Assembly: GCA_051746725.1 (NCBI GenBank)
Contig: JBNJFI010000041.1
Location: 1 to 17,539, forward strand
Direction: 5' to 3'
From: Fusobacteriota bacterium
GTDB lineage: Bacteria; Fusobacteriota; Fusobacteriia; Fusobacteriales; JBNJFI01
Length of the DNA: 17,539 bases
Positions 8,137 to 17,186 of this stretch are shown piece after piece. Both the position numbers and the translations under genes were made by a program. The stretch's first letter is position 1; every line of letters starts with the position of its first letter. The notes beneath the pieces were generated by a model, which was given only the letters and a program-made list of their open reading frames with translations, made no database searches and was not told the origin of the DNA.

Positions 8137-8241
8137 ATATATAAATTAAATACGATATATATATGTAATTAATATTAGATATATTGTCCCATTTTGACAG
8201 TAATATATATCCTATATATATATCCCATATTATATATATAT

Positions 8242-8270
8242 TTGACTCCTACTGCTTATTTTAATATAAT
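8242..8270 (+). promoter_or_regulatory. sigma70/sigmaA-type promoter of gltBD, giving a leader of about 180 nt
   Basis: TTGACT (8242-8247), 17 nt spacer, TATAAT (8265-8270). Confidence 0.8.
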
Positions 8271-8459
8271 AGATAGTCCAACGGTAATATTAATAAGTTT
8301 CGAGTTTATAACATGTCGATTTATTTATAACCTCACTTTTTGCAAAATAATTCTCTAAATTTTATTGTTACATGATCTTTAACGTTAAAAGAATTATGAG
8401 GTGTAAACTAATAATTAATAAGTATTTACTAATTTAAATTTATATAAGGAGGTTTTTTT

Positions 8460-11400
8460 ATGAAGAGAGGTATGGGAATTCCAAAGGCCTGTGGTCTATA
8501 TTCCCCAGAAGCTGAAAAGGATAATTGTGGTGTAGGATTTATAACTAAGATAAATGGAGAGCGAAGCCATGAAGTTATCAAAAAAGGGGTCGATATCTTA
8601 AAAAGATTAGAACACAGAGGAGCTGTAGGAGCAGATCCTTTAACTGGAGATGGCGCAGGAATATTAATGCAAATTCCAGATGAGTTTTTTAGAAATGAGC
8701 TCAAAAAAGATGATATTGTACTTCCAAAAGAAGGAAACTATGGAGTAGGAATGGTTTTCTTCCCTAGAAAGACAGATGAAATTTTAATCTGTGAAGGAAT
8801 CATAGAAAAAATAATAAATGAAGAAAATCAAGAAATTTTAGGATGGAGAGAAGTTCCAACTGATCCCAGTGAAATAGGAGAAACCGCTGCTAGTACTTCT
8901 CCAGTAGTTAAGCAAGTTTTTATCAAAAAAGGTGCTAATACTGAAAACTTTGCCCTACAATTATATATAATACGACGTAGAATCGAAAAGGCAATTTTAG
9001 ATTCAGTTATTAAAAATAAAGAATCTTTTTATATTCCAAGTCTTTCAAATAAAATAATAATATACAAAGGATTATTATTATCTGCTCAGATTAGCAATTT
9101 TTACAAAGATTTAAATAATAAATCTATGAAATCTGCTATCGCTTTAGTTCACCAAAGATATAGTACAAATACTTTTCCATCTTGGGATTTAGCTCAACCA
9201 TTTAGATTGCTTGCCCACAATGGAGAAATTAATACTATTAAAGGTAACTTAAAATGGATGGCTGCTAGAAAACCAGAATTGAACAATGATGTATTTAAAG
9301 ATCAAATCAAAAAAGTTTTACCTGTAACTAATAAAACTGATAGTGATTCTGCAAACTTAGATCATGTGTTTGAATTAATGGTTGCAGCAGGTATACCTTT
9401 AGCAGAAGCTATTACAACACTTGTTCCAGAAGCTTGGGAAAAAAATTCATCTCTAGATAATAATTTAAAAAGTTATTATGAATACAATTCAAATATTGTA
9501 GAACCTTGGGATGGTCCAGCTGCCATAGCTTTTTCAGATGGTAAAAAGATTGGAGCTACTCTAGATAGAAATGGATTAAGACCTGCAAGATACATTAGAA
9601 CCAAAGATGGCTTTTTTGTTCTTGCCTCTGAAATAGGTACTTTGGAAATTTCTCCAAATAACATTTTAGAAAGTGGTCGATTAGAACCAGGTAAAATGTT
9701 AATAATAGATACTGAAAAAGGAGAAGTTTTTTATGATAAAGAGGTCAAAAAAGAACTTAGCCTTAATAAACCATATACAAAATGGATTAAAGATAATAAA
9801 AAATATTTAAAAAATATTAAAATGGAAAAAGAAAAATACTCTTGTGATTTAGATACTGTTATTACAAGATTAAGAGCCTTTGGTTATTCACGTGAAGATT
9901 TAAGTACTATAATTGCCCCTATGGCTGAAAATCAAAAAGAAGATATAAGTTCTATGGGAAATGACGAGCCTTTGGCAGTTTTATCAAATAAATCAAAACT
10001 TTTATATGATTATTTCAAACAACTTTTTGCACAAGTTACAAATCCCCCAATTGATCCTATTAGAGAAAATGTTGTAATGTCATTAAAAACAAATTTAGGA
10101 ACTAAGGGAAATATGCTTGAAAGAACAGAAGATAAGTCTAAAGCTATAGAAATAGATTCACCTATTTTAGATAATTCTCAGCTTGCCAAAATAGCACATC
10201 TTAAAGAAACTGGATTTAGATCTAAGACTATTCCTATGATATTTGATCCACAAGAAGAAAATGGATTAAAAAAAGGTTTAGAAAAGATGTTTGGTCATGT
10301 TGAATCTAGTATAAGTGAAGGATATAATATAATTATATTAAGTGATAGAACTGTGGATGATTTTAACGCACCAATTCCAAGTTTATTAGCGACATCTGCT
10401 CTTCATAATTATTTAATTAATAAGAATAAAAGAAGCAATGTAGATATAATAATTGAAAGTGGAGAAGCAAGAGAAGTTATGCATTTCGCTCTATTACTAG
10501 GATATGGTGCTTTAGCCATAAATCCTTATCTAGCTTTTGAATCTATTGAATATATGACTGAAGAAGAATTGTATTTAACAAAAGGTGATAGCAAACATAT
10601 TAAAAAAAGAAAGAAAAAATATATTAAAGCTATTCATAAAGGATTATTTAAGGTAATGTCTAAGATGGGAATCTCTACAATACAAAGTTATAGAGGAGCT
10701 CAAATCTTTGAAGCTGTTGGGCTTCAACAAGAATTTATAAATAAATACTTCCCTGGTACAGTTTCTAGAATCGAAGGTGTTGGAATTGATACCATAGGAA
10801 AAGAGATTATAACAAATCACAATAAGGCATATAAAAACAATCGAAAAATATATACTGATCTTTTGGAATCTTCAGGAAAATACAAATGGAGAGAAGGCGG
10901 AGAATATCACCTTTTATCCCCTGAAGCCATATCGACTTTACAACATGCCGTAATGGATAACGATTATGAAAAATACAAAAAATACGCTAATTTAATAAAT
11001 GATCAAAGTGAAAACTTAGCTACTATAAGAGGATTATTTAAATTTAAAAATAAAAAATCTATTCCTCTTGATAAAGTTGAATCTGTTGAAAGTATTAGAA
11101 AAAGATTTGTAACAGGTGCTATGTCATATGGTTCAATTTCTAAGGAAGCTCATGAAACTTTAGCTAAAGCAATGAATAAAATTGGTGGAATGTCAAACTC
11201 TGGAGAAGGTGGAGAAAATCCAGAAAGATTCAAAGACGACAGACGAAGTGCTATAAAACAAGTTGCCTCTGGTAGGTTTGGGGTTACTACTTATTACCTT
11301 GTAAATGGTGATGAGATACAAATTAAGATGGCACAAGGAGCTAAACCAGGTGAAGGTGGACATCTACCTGGCAAAAAGGTTAATGAAGAGATTGCAAAGG

Positions 11401-12968
11401 TTAGATACACGTCACCAGGTATAGACCTAATATCTCCACCTCCTCATCATGATATATATTCTATTGAGGATTTAGCGCAGTTAATATTTGATCTTAAAAA
11501 TGTAAATCCTGAAGCAAGAATAAGTGTAAAATTAGTATCAGAAAACGGAATTGGAACTATTGCTGCAGGAGTTTCTAAAGCACATGCAGATATGATATTA
11601 GTATCTGGACACGATGGTGGTACAGGAGCTGCACCTCTTAACTCTATAAAACATACTGGATTACCTTGGGAACTTGGTCTTTCAGAAACTCACCAAGTTT
11701 TAACTAAAAACAATTTAAGAGGTAGAGTTAGAGTTCAGGCAGACGGACAGATGAAAACTGGTAGAGATGTAGCAATTGCTGCTCTTTTAGGAGCAGAAGA
11801 ATATGGATTTGCAACAATAGCTCTTGTAACTATGGGATGTATAATGATGAGACAATGTCAAAAAAATACATGTCCAGTTGGAGTTGCTACCCAAGATCCA
11901 GAACTTAGAAAAAGATTTTCAGGACACGTTGATTATGTAGTTAATTACTTTACTTTTGTTGCTCAGGAAATTAGAGAAATAATGGCAGAACTTGGGTTTA
12001 AAACTATTGATGAAATGATTGGACGAGTAGATAAATTAGAAATGGATAGAGCAATTAAACATTGGAAAGCAGAAGGTGTTGATCTTTCAAACATTTTATA
12101 TAAAGATGACTTACCAAGCAGAATTGCTACTAGATGTGTAGAAAAACAAGATCATGGAATTGATAAAATATTAGATAGAACTTTGATCAAAAAAGCTAAG
12201 CCAGCTTTAGAAAACAAGGAAAAAGTTAATATAGATGTTGATATATTTAATACAAATAGAACTGCTGGAACTATGTTAAGTGGTCAAATAGCTAAAATAC
12301 ATGGAGAAAATGGATTAAAAGATGATACTATTAATATCAACTTAAAAGGATATGCTGGGCAAAGTTTTGGAGCCTTTGGTATGAAAGGTTTGACTTTAAA
12401 TCTTGAAGGTCAAGGAAATGATTATATTGGTAAGGGGTTATTTGGGGCTAAAATAATAATTAAAAAGCCTACAGAAAGTAATTTTAATTCCGAGGAAAAT
12501 GTAATTGCTGGAAATACAATTTTATATGGAGCTATCAGAGGGCAATTGTATGTTAATGGATTAGCCGGAGAAAGATTTGGAGTGAGAAACTCTGGAGCGC
12601 ACGCTGTTGTTGAAGGAATAGGAGAACATGGTTGTGAATATATGACTGGTGGACAAATAGCCGTATTAGGAAAAACTGGTAAAAACTTTGGAGCTGGTAT
12701 GAGTGGTGGAATAGCTTATGTCTATGATATTGATGGCGACTTCCAAGATAAAGTTAATACTGATACTGTTAAAACTGAAGTATTAGCATCTGATGAAGAT
12801 ATCTCTAAATTAAAAACTATGATCGAAAATCATGTAAAATATACAGACAGTAATAGAGCCAAAGATATTCTTGATAACTGGGATGAAAATATAAATAAAT
12901 TTATAAAAGTTATAAATCCTGCTTATGAACAATTATTAGAAAAAAAGAAGGAGGAAAATAATGGGTAA
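8460..12968 (+). CDS. gltB: Glutamate synthase large subunit
   Basis: 1502 aa; propeptide before catalytic Cys23 (CGVGF), HQRYSTNTFPSW, AHNGEINT, EPWDGPA, FAQVTNPPIDP, KMAQGAKPGEGG, PPPHHDIYSIEDL, 3Fe-4S motif CIMMRQCQKNTC, C-terminal GXGXG domain. SD AAGGAGG. Confidence 0.98.
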   Translation: MKRGMGIPKACGLYSPEAEKDNCGVGFITKINGERSHEVIKKGVDILKRLEHRGAVGADPLTGDGAGILMQIPDEFFRNELKKDDIVLPKEGNYGVGMVFFPRKTDEILICEGIIEKIINEENQEILGWREVPTDPSEIGETAASTSPVVKQVFIKKGANTENFALQLYIIRRRIEKAILDSVIKNKESFYIPSLSNKIIIYKGLLLSAQISNFYKDLNNKSMKSAIALVHQRYSTNTFPSWDLAQPFRLLAHNGEINTIKGNLKWMAARKPELNNDVFKDQIKKVLPVTNKTDSDSANLDHVFELMVAAGIPLAEAITTLVPEAWEKNSSLDNNLKSYYEYNSNIVEPWDGPAAIAFSDGKKIGATLDRNGLRPARYIRTKDGFFVLASEIGTLEISPNNILESGRLEPGKMLIIDTEKGEVFYDKEVKKELSLNKPYTKWIKDNKKYLKNIKMEKEKYSCDLDTVITRLRAFGYSREDLSTIIAPMAENQKEDISSMGNDEPLAVLSNKSKLLYDYFKQLFAQVTNPPIDPIRENVVMSLKTNLGTKGNMLERTEDKSKAIEIDSPILDNSQLAKIAHLKETGFRSKTIPMIFDPQEENGLKKGLEKMFGHVESSISEGYNIIILSDRTVDDFNAPIPSLLATSALHNYLINKNKRSNVDIIIESGEAREVMHFALLLGYGALAINPYLAFESIEYMTEEELYLTKGDSKHIKKRKKKYIKAIHKGLFKVMSKMGISTIQSYRGAQIFEAVGLQQEFINKYFPGTVSRIEGVGIDTIGKEIITNHNKAYKNNRKIYTDLLESSGKYKWREGGEYHLLSPEAISTLQHAVMDNDYEKYKKYANLINDQSENLATIRGLFKFKNKKSIPLDKVESVESIRKRFVTGAMSYGSISKEAHETLAKAMNKIGGMSNSGEGGENPERFKDDRRSAIKQVASGRFGVTTYYLVNGDEIQIKMAQGAKPGEGGHLPGKKVNEEIAKVRYTSPGIDLISPPPHHDIYSIEDLAQLIFDLKNVNPEARISVKLVSENGIGTIAAGVSKAHADMILVSGHDGGTGAAPLNSIKHTGLPWELGLSETHQVLTKNNLRGRVRVQADGQMKTGRDVAIAALLGAEEYGFATIALVTMGCIMMRQCQKNTCPVGVATQDPELRKRFSGHVDYVVNYFTFVAQEIREIMAELGFKTIDEMIGRVDKLEMDRAIKHWKAEGVDLSNILYKDDLPSRIATRCVEKQDHGIDKILDRTLIKKAKPALENKEKVNIDVDIFNTNRTAGTMLSGQIAKIHGENGLKDDTININLKGYAGQSFGAFGMKGLTLNLEGQGNDYIGKGLFGAKIIIKKPTESNFNSEENVIAGNTILYGAIRGQLYVNGLAGERFGVRNSGAHAVVEGIGEHGCEYMTGGQIAVLGKTGKNFGAGMSGGIAYVYDIDGDFQDKVNTDTVKTEVLASDEDISKLKTMIENHVKYTDSNRAKDILDNWDENINKFIKVINPAYEQLLEKKKEENNG

Positions 12969-14418
12969 ATTAGGTGGCTTTCTTGAATTTGGACGTGAAG
13001 AAGCAAAAAAAAGACCTGTTGATAAAAGAGTAAAAGATTATAAAGAGATATATAAACCATTTACACCTGGATATTTACACACACAATCAGCTAGATGTAT
13101 GGATTGTGGAACTCCATTTTGTAGTTATACTTGTCCAGTTGATAACTTATGTCCAGAGTGGAATGACTTTGTAAACAAAGGTGAATGGAAAAAGGCTTTA
13201 CAAGTTTTAGAAGAAACTAATAACTTCCCTGAATTCACTGGACGACTATGTCCAGCATTATGTGAAGGAGGTTGTGTTCTTGGTATAAATGATGATCCTG
13301 TTACTATTAAAAATATAGAACTCAGTATAGCAGAAAAAGGATGGAGTGAGGGTTGGATTAAACCTCATCCTCCTAAAATTAGAACTGAAAAGAAAATAGC
13401 TGTTGTGGGAAGTGGTCCTGCAGGACTTGCTGCCGCTCAACAATTAAATAGATTTGGACACAATATAACTGTTTTTGAAAAAGACTCTCATGCTGGAGGT
13501 ATCTTAACTTTTGGTATTCCAGATTTTAAAATTGAAAAATGGGTTGTTGAAAGAAGAGTAAATCAAATCAAAAAAGAAGGTGTTTCTTTTATATACAATA
13601 CTGAAGTTGGAAAAGATATATCTGTTGAAAAGTTAAAAGAAGATTTTGATGCAGTTGTAATGGCATGTGGATCAAGAGAAGCTAGGGATCTTCCTGTTTA
13701 TGGAAGAGATTTAGATGGTATTCATTATGCTATGGATTATCTGACTCAACAAAATATTTTAAATAAAGGGAAATCTATCAAAAAAGATGAATTAATAGAT
13801 GCAAAAGGAAAATCTGTAGTTGTAATTGGAGGGGGAGATACTGGTTCTGATTGTGTTGGAACTGCTGTAAGACAAGGAGCAAAGGAAGTTTATCAAGTAG
13901 AAATATTAAATAAACCACCTACTGAAAGAATGCATGATAACCCTTGGCCTAAATTTCCTCAAACTTTAAAAATTAGTACTTCTCACGAAGAAGCTAGAGT
14001 ATGTCTTGCTGGAGAATGTAAAACTGATTTTAGACAATGGAATATTTTGACAAAAAAGTTTACCGGTGATGATAATGGAAATGTCAAAAAATTACATGGT
14101 ATAAGGGTTGAATGGAAGGAAGATGAAAATGGCAAAAAAGAATTAAAAGAAATTCCAAATACTGAATTTGAATTAGATGCTGATTTAGTAATTTTAGCCA
14201 TTGGATTTATCCATCCTGAACATGATGGTTTAGTAAATGATTTAGGTTTAGATTTAGATAACCGTGGTAATATTGATACTGATAAAAAGATGATGTCCAA
14301 TATCGATGGCTTCTTTTCAGCAGGAGATATGAGAATGGGGCAATCTCTTATTGTCCACGCCATTAAAGAAGGACGAACCGTTGCAGAATCAGTAGACTCA
14401 TATTTGATGAAAGATTGA
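12961..14418 (+). CDS. gltD: Glutamate synthase small subunit
   Basis: RCMDCGTPFC...CP and GRLCPALCEGGC Fe-S motifs, GSGPAGL (FAD), GGGDTGSDC (NAD(P)), AGDMRMGQSL. Overlaps gltB by 8 nt (ATGGGTAA). SD AAGGAGG. Confidence 0.97.
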   Translation: MGKLGGFLEFGREEAKKRPVDKRVKDYKEIYKPFTPGYLHTQSARCMDCGTPFCSYTCPVDNLCPEWNDFVNKGEWKKALQVLEETNNFPEFTGRLCPALCEGGCVLGINDDPVTIKNIELSIAEKGWSEGWIKPHPPKIRTEKKIAVVGSGPAGLAAAQQLNRFGHNITVFEKDSHAGGILTFGIPDFKIEKWVVERRVNQIKKEGVSFIYNTEVGKDISVEKLKEDFDAVVMACGSREARDLPVYGRDLDGIHYAMDYLTQQNILNKGKSIKKDELIDAKGKSVVVIGGGDTGSDCVGTAVRQGAKEVYQVEILNKPPTERMHDNPWPKFPQTLKISTSHEEARVCLAGECKTDFRQWNILTKKFTGDDNGNVKKLHGIRVEWKEDENGKKELKEIPNTEFELDADLVILAIGFIHPEHDGLVNDLGLDLDNRGNIDTDKKMMSNIDGFFSAGDMRMGQSLIVHAIKEGRTVAESVDSYLMKD

Positions 14419-14428
14419 TTTATATATT

Positions 14429-14458
14429 AAAATAGGGAGCTTTAAGCTCCCTATTTTT
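14429..14458. terminator. Bidirectional intrinsic terminator between gltD and the kinase gene
   Basis: AAAATAGGGAGCTT-T-AAGCTCCCTATTTT perfect inverted repeat between convergent genes. Confidence 0.92.
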
Positions 14459-14489
14459 CTTAGACACTGCCCAAAATTTATTACTAATA

Positions 14490-17054
14490 TTAAATCAAGT
14501 ATTTATCTAACATCTTATGGAATAAAATTTTATCAATTGGTTTTGAAATATAACCATCCATACCAATTTTTAAAAAGTATTCTTCATCTTCTTTTTTGGA
14601 AAATGCTGTCACTGCTACAATTGGAGTTTCTAAACCTCTCTTTCTTATTTCCTTAGTAGCGTTAACACCATCTAGTCCTGGCATTTGTATATCCATTAAT
14701 ATTAAATCATAATCCTTTTTTGTTATTTTATCTAACAAATCTACTCCATTGTATGCAGCATCAACTTTTAATCCACGAGAACTACAAAGCCTTTGCACTA
14801 ATTTTTGATTGATCCTATCATCTTCCGCAATAATTATTTTTTTATTCTTATCTATTTGTTTGTATTCATATTTATTATCACTTTCCTTAATATTTTCTGA
14901 TGATAAAGTTTCAATAGGAATTATAACAGTAACCGCAGAACCCTTTCCTTCTTCGCTATCTAATTCTATATGTCCACCAAGTAAATTTACTAATTCAAGA
15001 TTTATAGTTAAACCTAGACCAGTCCCCTCATACTGCTTAGTCATATAGTGTTCTCCCTGAATGAATTTTTCAAAGATTCTTTTTTGATTTTTCTCAGATA
15101 TCCCTATACCAGTATCTACAACTTGAAACCTCAATTTTTCATTCTTTAAATATTTAATTCTTAATTCAATTTTTCCTTTTTTAGTAAATTTATAAGCATT
15201 GGATAATAAATTAATTAATATATATTTTAATTTATATTTATCTGTTTTAACATATTCCGGAATTTTATTTTCTCTTATAATACTAAAATCTATGTTTTGA
15301 TTATTGTTTTTTATTATACTTTGAATACTTTTTTGTAAATTTTCTATGACATTATCTAATTTAAAATTTTCTAAATTAAGATTTATTTTACCAGATTCTA
15401 TTTTAGATAAGTTTAAAATATCATTTATTAATCGAAGTAAATTAACACCAGATTCTTCTATTAATATAGCCATATCCTTTTTCTCTTCATCTTCTTCCAT
15501 ATCTTTTAACATATCTGCAAATCCAAGTATTCCATTAAGAGGAGTTCTTAATTCATGACTCATATTTGCTAAAAAATCATTTTTTGCTTGATTAGCTTTC
15601 TCTGCTTTTTCTTTAGCAACAATTAATTCTGTTTTGGTTTTTATAATATCTGTTATATCTCTAAATTCCAGTACTTTAACTTGCTTTCCTTTATATGGTA
15701 TACTTCTCGCTTCTAATCTAAGTGGATATTGTTCGCCATTTTTTCTAACTCCAACAGCTTCATATGGTTTTTCATAGTCAGATATACTTTTATTCTCGAC
15801 TAAATCTCGAGATTCTTTTGCTATCAAATTTAATATATCCATATGTATCAACTCTCTGAAAGTATAACCTGTTAATTCTGATAATCCCTTATTACAATCT
15901 AATATTTCACCTTCATCGTGTATTGCTATCCCTCCAAATGAGGCATTATGTAAAGCCTTAAATCTAGCTTCACTTTCTTTTAAGTTCTTTTCTATTTTTT
16001 CTATTCTAGAAACTGCACTATTTAAATATTTTCCAACTCTTCCAATTTCATCATTATTTTTCACTTCAACTCTTTCTGTTAAATCTCCCTTCCTAATTTT
16101 TTCCAAACTTTTAATTAAATTTTTTAATGGAGTTAATAAAAAATTTAAAATAGATATAGATAAAACCATCGCTACTATTATTCCTCCTAAAGCGATATAA
16201 ATCATATTTCGTGTGATCTCTTTAATGGAATTTTCTAAATATTTTATGTTTTTTATAGTTCCAATATATCCACTTCTTTCTCCAAATAAATTATTCATAT
16301 TTCTTAAAAATATATGATAAGACTCGTCTTTTATCTTTATACTTTTTTCCAATTCAAACATTTCTTCTTGGATTTCATCTGGTATATCTAAATCGATTTT
16401 ATAAGTAGATAATGAAATTTTACCATCATGCTTTCCTACTAAAAATATTTCTTCTTTATTCATTAAAACTACATTCATTTCTAATTTCTCAAGCACATTT
16501 TTTATATAGTCTACGTGTTTAACTATTGATGATTTTACTCCCACTATTCCAATTATTTTTCCATAATTATTTTTGATAGGAGCTAAGGCAACTATATTAA
16601 ATTTTCCATCGCTTAATATACCATCTCTAAAATCATTTTCTTTTTTGGCATTTAATATTGCTCTTTTTAAAGAATTGTCTTTTGGGTCTTCGACAAATTT
16701 ATCCTTATTAGAATTATAAATAACTAACTTATCTATAAGCTTATTATTATATTCTAAATCTTTTATGTATTCTCTTAACTGAGATTCTATATCAAACTGA
16801 ATTGTTACAGAAACTCCTTTTTCTTCGGCTATGCTTTCCGCTATCTCATTAATTTTATCAACTCTAGTATTTATTATTTGATTAATCGAGTAATTCTGAC
16901 TTCTAAGTGAGTTCATTAATTCTTTTTTGGCTTTATCACTATAATTATGTATATTATATAAGGTAGCTATTCCCATGGGAAATATTATAAGCATAACTGC
17001 TAATAATGTTAATTTGAATTTTAACGACCCTCGTTTTGGATAATTCATTCTCAT
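14490..17054 (-). CDS. Hybrid sensor histidine kinase/response regulator (TM, Cache-like extracellular domain, TM, HAMP, PAS, HisKA, HATPase_c, REC)
   Basis: Two TM helices; HAMP GDLTERVEVKNNDEIG; PAS ESEARFKAL...RKNGEQYP; H-box FLANMSHELRTPLNGI; N-box INLLSNAYKFT; G1 DTGIG; G2 GTGLGL; receiver AEDD..LMDIQMP..KP. The start may be ATG 17048, which has better spacing from AGGAGG. Confidence 0.93.
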   Translation of the reverse strand: MRMNYPKRGSLKFKLTLLAVMLIIFPMGIATLYNIHNYSDKAKKELMNSLRSQNYSINQIINTRVDKINEIAESIAEEKGVSVTIQFDIESQLREYIKDLEYNNKLIDKLVIYNSNKDKFVEDPKDNSLKRAILNAKKENDFRDGILSDGKFNIVALAPIKNNYGKIIGIVGVKSSIVKHVDYIKNVLEKLEMNVVLMNKEEIFLVGKHDGKISLSTYKIDLDIPDEIQEEMFELEKSIKIKDESYHIFLRNMNNLFGERSGYIGTIKNIKYLENSIKEITRNMIYIALGGIIVAMVLSISILNFLLTPLKNLIKSLEKIRKGDLTERVEVKNNDEIGRVGKYLNSAVSRIEKIEKNLKESEARFKALHNASFGGIAIHDEGEILDCNKGLSELTGYTFRELIHMDILNLIAKESRDLVENKSISDYEKPYEAVGVRKNGEQYPLRLEARSIPYKGKQVKVLEFRDITDIIKTKTELIVAKEKAEKANQAKNDFLANMSHELRTPLNGILGFADMLKDMEEDEEKKDMAILIEESGVNLLRLINDILNLSKIESGKINLNLENFKLDNVIENLQKSIQSIIKNNNQNIDFSIIRENKIPEYVKTDKYKLKYILINLLSNAYKFTKKGKIELRIKYLKNEKLRFQVVDTGIGISEKNQKRIFEKFIQGEHYMTKQYEGTGLGLTINLELVNLLGGHIELDSEEGKGSAVTVIIPIETLSSENIKESDNKYEYKQIDKNKKIIIAEDDRINQKLVQRLCSSRGLKVDAAYNGVDLLDKITKKDYDLILMDIQMPGLDGVNATKEIRKRGLETPIVAVTAFSKKEDEEYFLKIGMDGYISKPIDKILFHKMLDKYLI

Positions 17055-17072
17055 TCTCCTCCTAAAATGTAC

Positions 17073-17090
17073 TTTGAATAATTATTCAAA
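17073..17090. promoter_or_regulatory. Perfect 18-bp palindromic operator, ARG-box-like
   Basis: TTTGAATAATTATTCAAA is its own reverse complement and matches WNTGAATWWWWATTCANW. It lies between a minus-strand TATAAT (17097-17092) and the kinase SD. Confidence 0.65.
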
Positions 17091-17091
17091 C

Positions 17092-17120
17092 ATTATAATT
17101 TCTTAATCCTTTTATTTAAA
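17092..17120 (-). promoter_or_regulatory. Possible proximal promoter of the kinase gene
   Basis: Minus strand TTTAAA (17120-17115), 17 nt spacer, TATAAT (17097-17092); the -35 is weak. Confidence 0.45.
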
Positions 17121-17186
17121 AAAATAAAAAATGTTATTTAAGAACATATTATATTCACATAAAAACTCATCTGTATTTAATTCCAT
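17112..17186 (-). CDS. Putative 24-aa small ORF MELNTDEFLCEYNMFLNNIFYFFK (not in ORF track)
   Basis: ATG 17186 is preceded by AGGGAGGGGAA, nearly the same SD context as gdhA. Open to TAA at 17114-17112. SD spacing is short. Confidence 0.35.
   Translation of the reverse strand: MELNTDEFLCEYNMFLNNIFYFFK

Noticed and set aside
8366..8384. TGTTA...TAACG as a GlnR/TnrA box (also TGTCC...TGACA at 8185-8199)
   Set aside because: Spacers are N9 and N5 rather than the required TGTNA-N7-TNACA.
8372..8437. Short uORF in the gltB leader (ATG 8372 or 8396)
   Set aside because: No SD and no regulatory codon run; expected by chance.
7937..8459. Known riboswitch (glutamine/glnA, c-di-GMP, T-box) or ANTAR element in the glnA-gltB intergenic region
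   Set aside because: No conserved core motifs and no terminator hairpin in either leader were recognised by eye; an Rfam/Infernal scan would be decisive.
1024..15558. Short ORF-track entries antisense to major genes (1024, 1963, 2610, 3241, 6573, 6925, 7431, 8429, 9476, 13258, 13983, 14809, 15346)
   Set aside because: They are shadow frames of well-supported opposite-strand genes, with no recognisable motifs or convincing SD.
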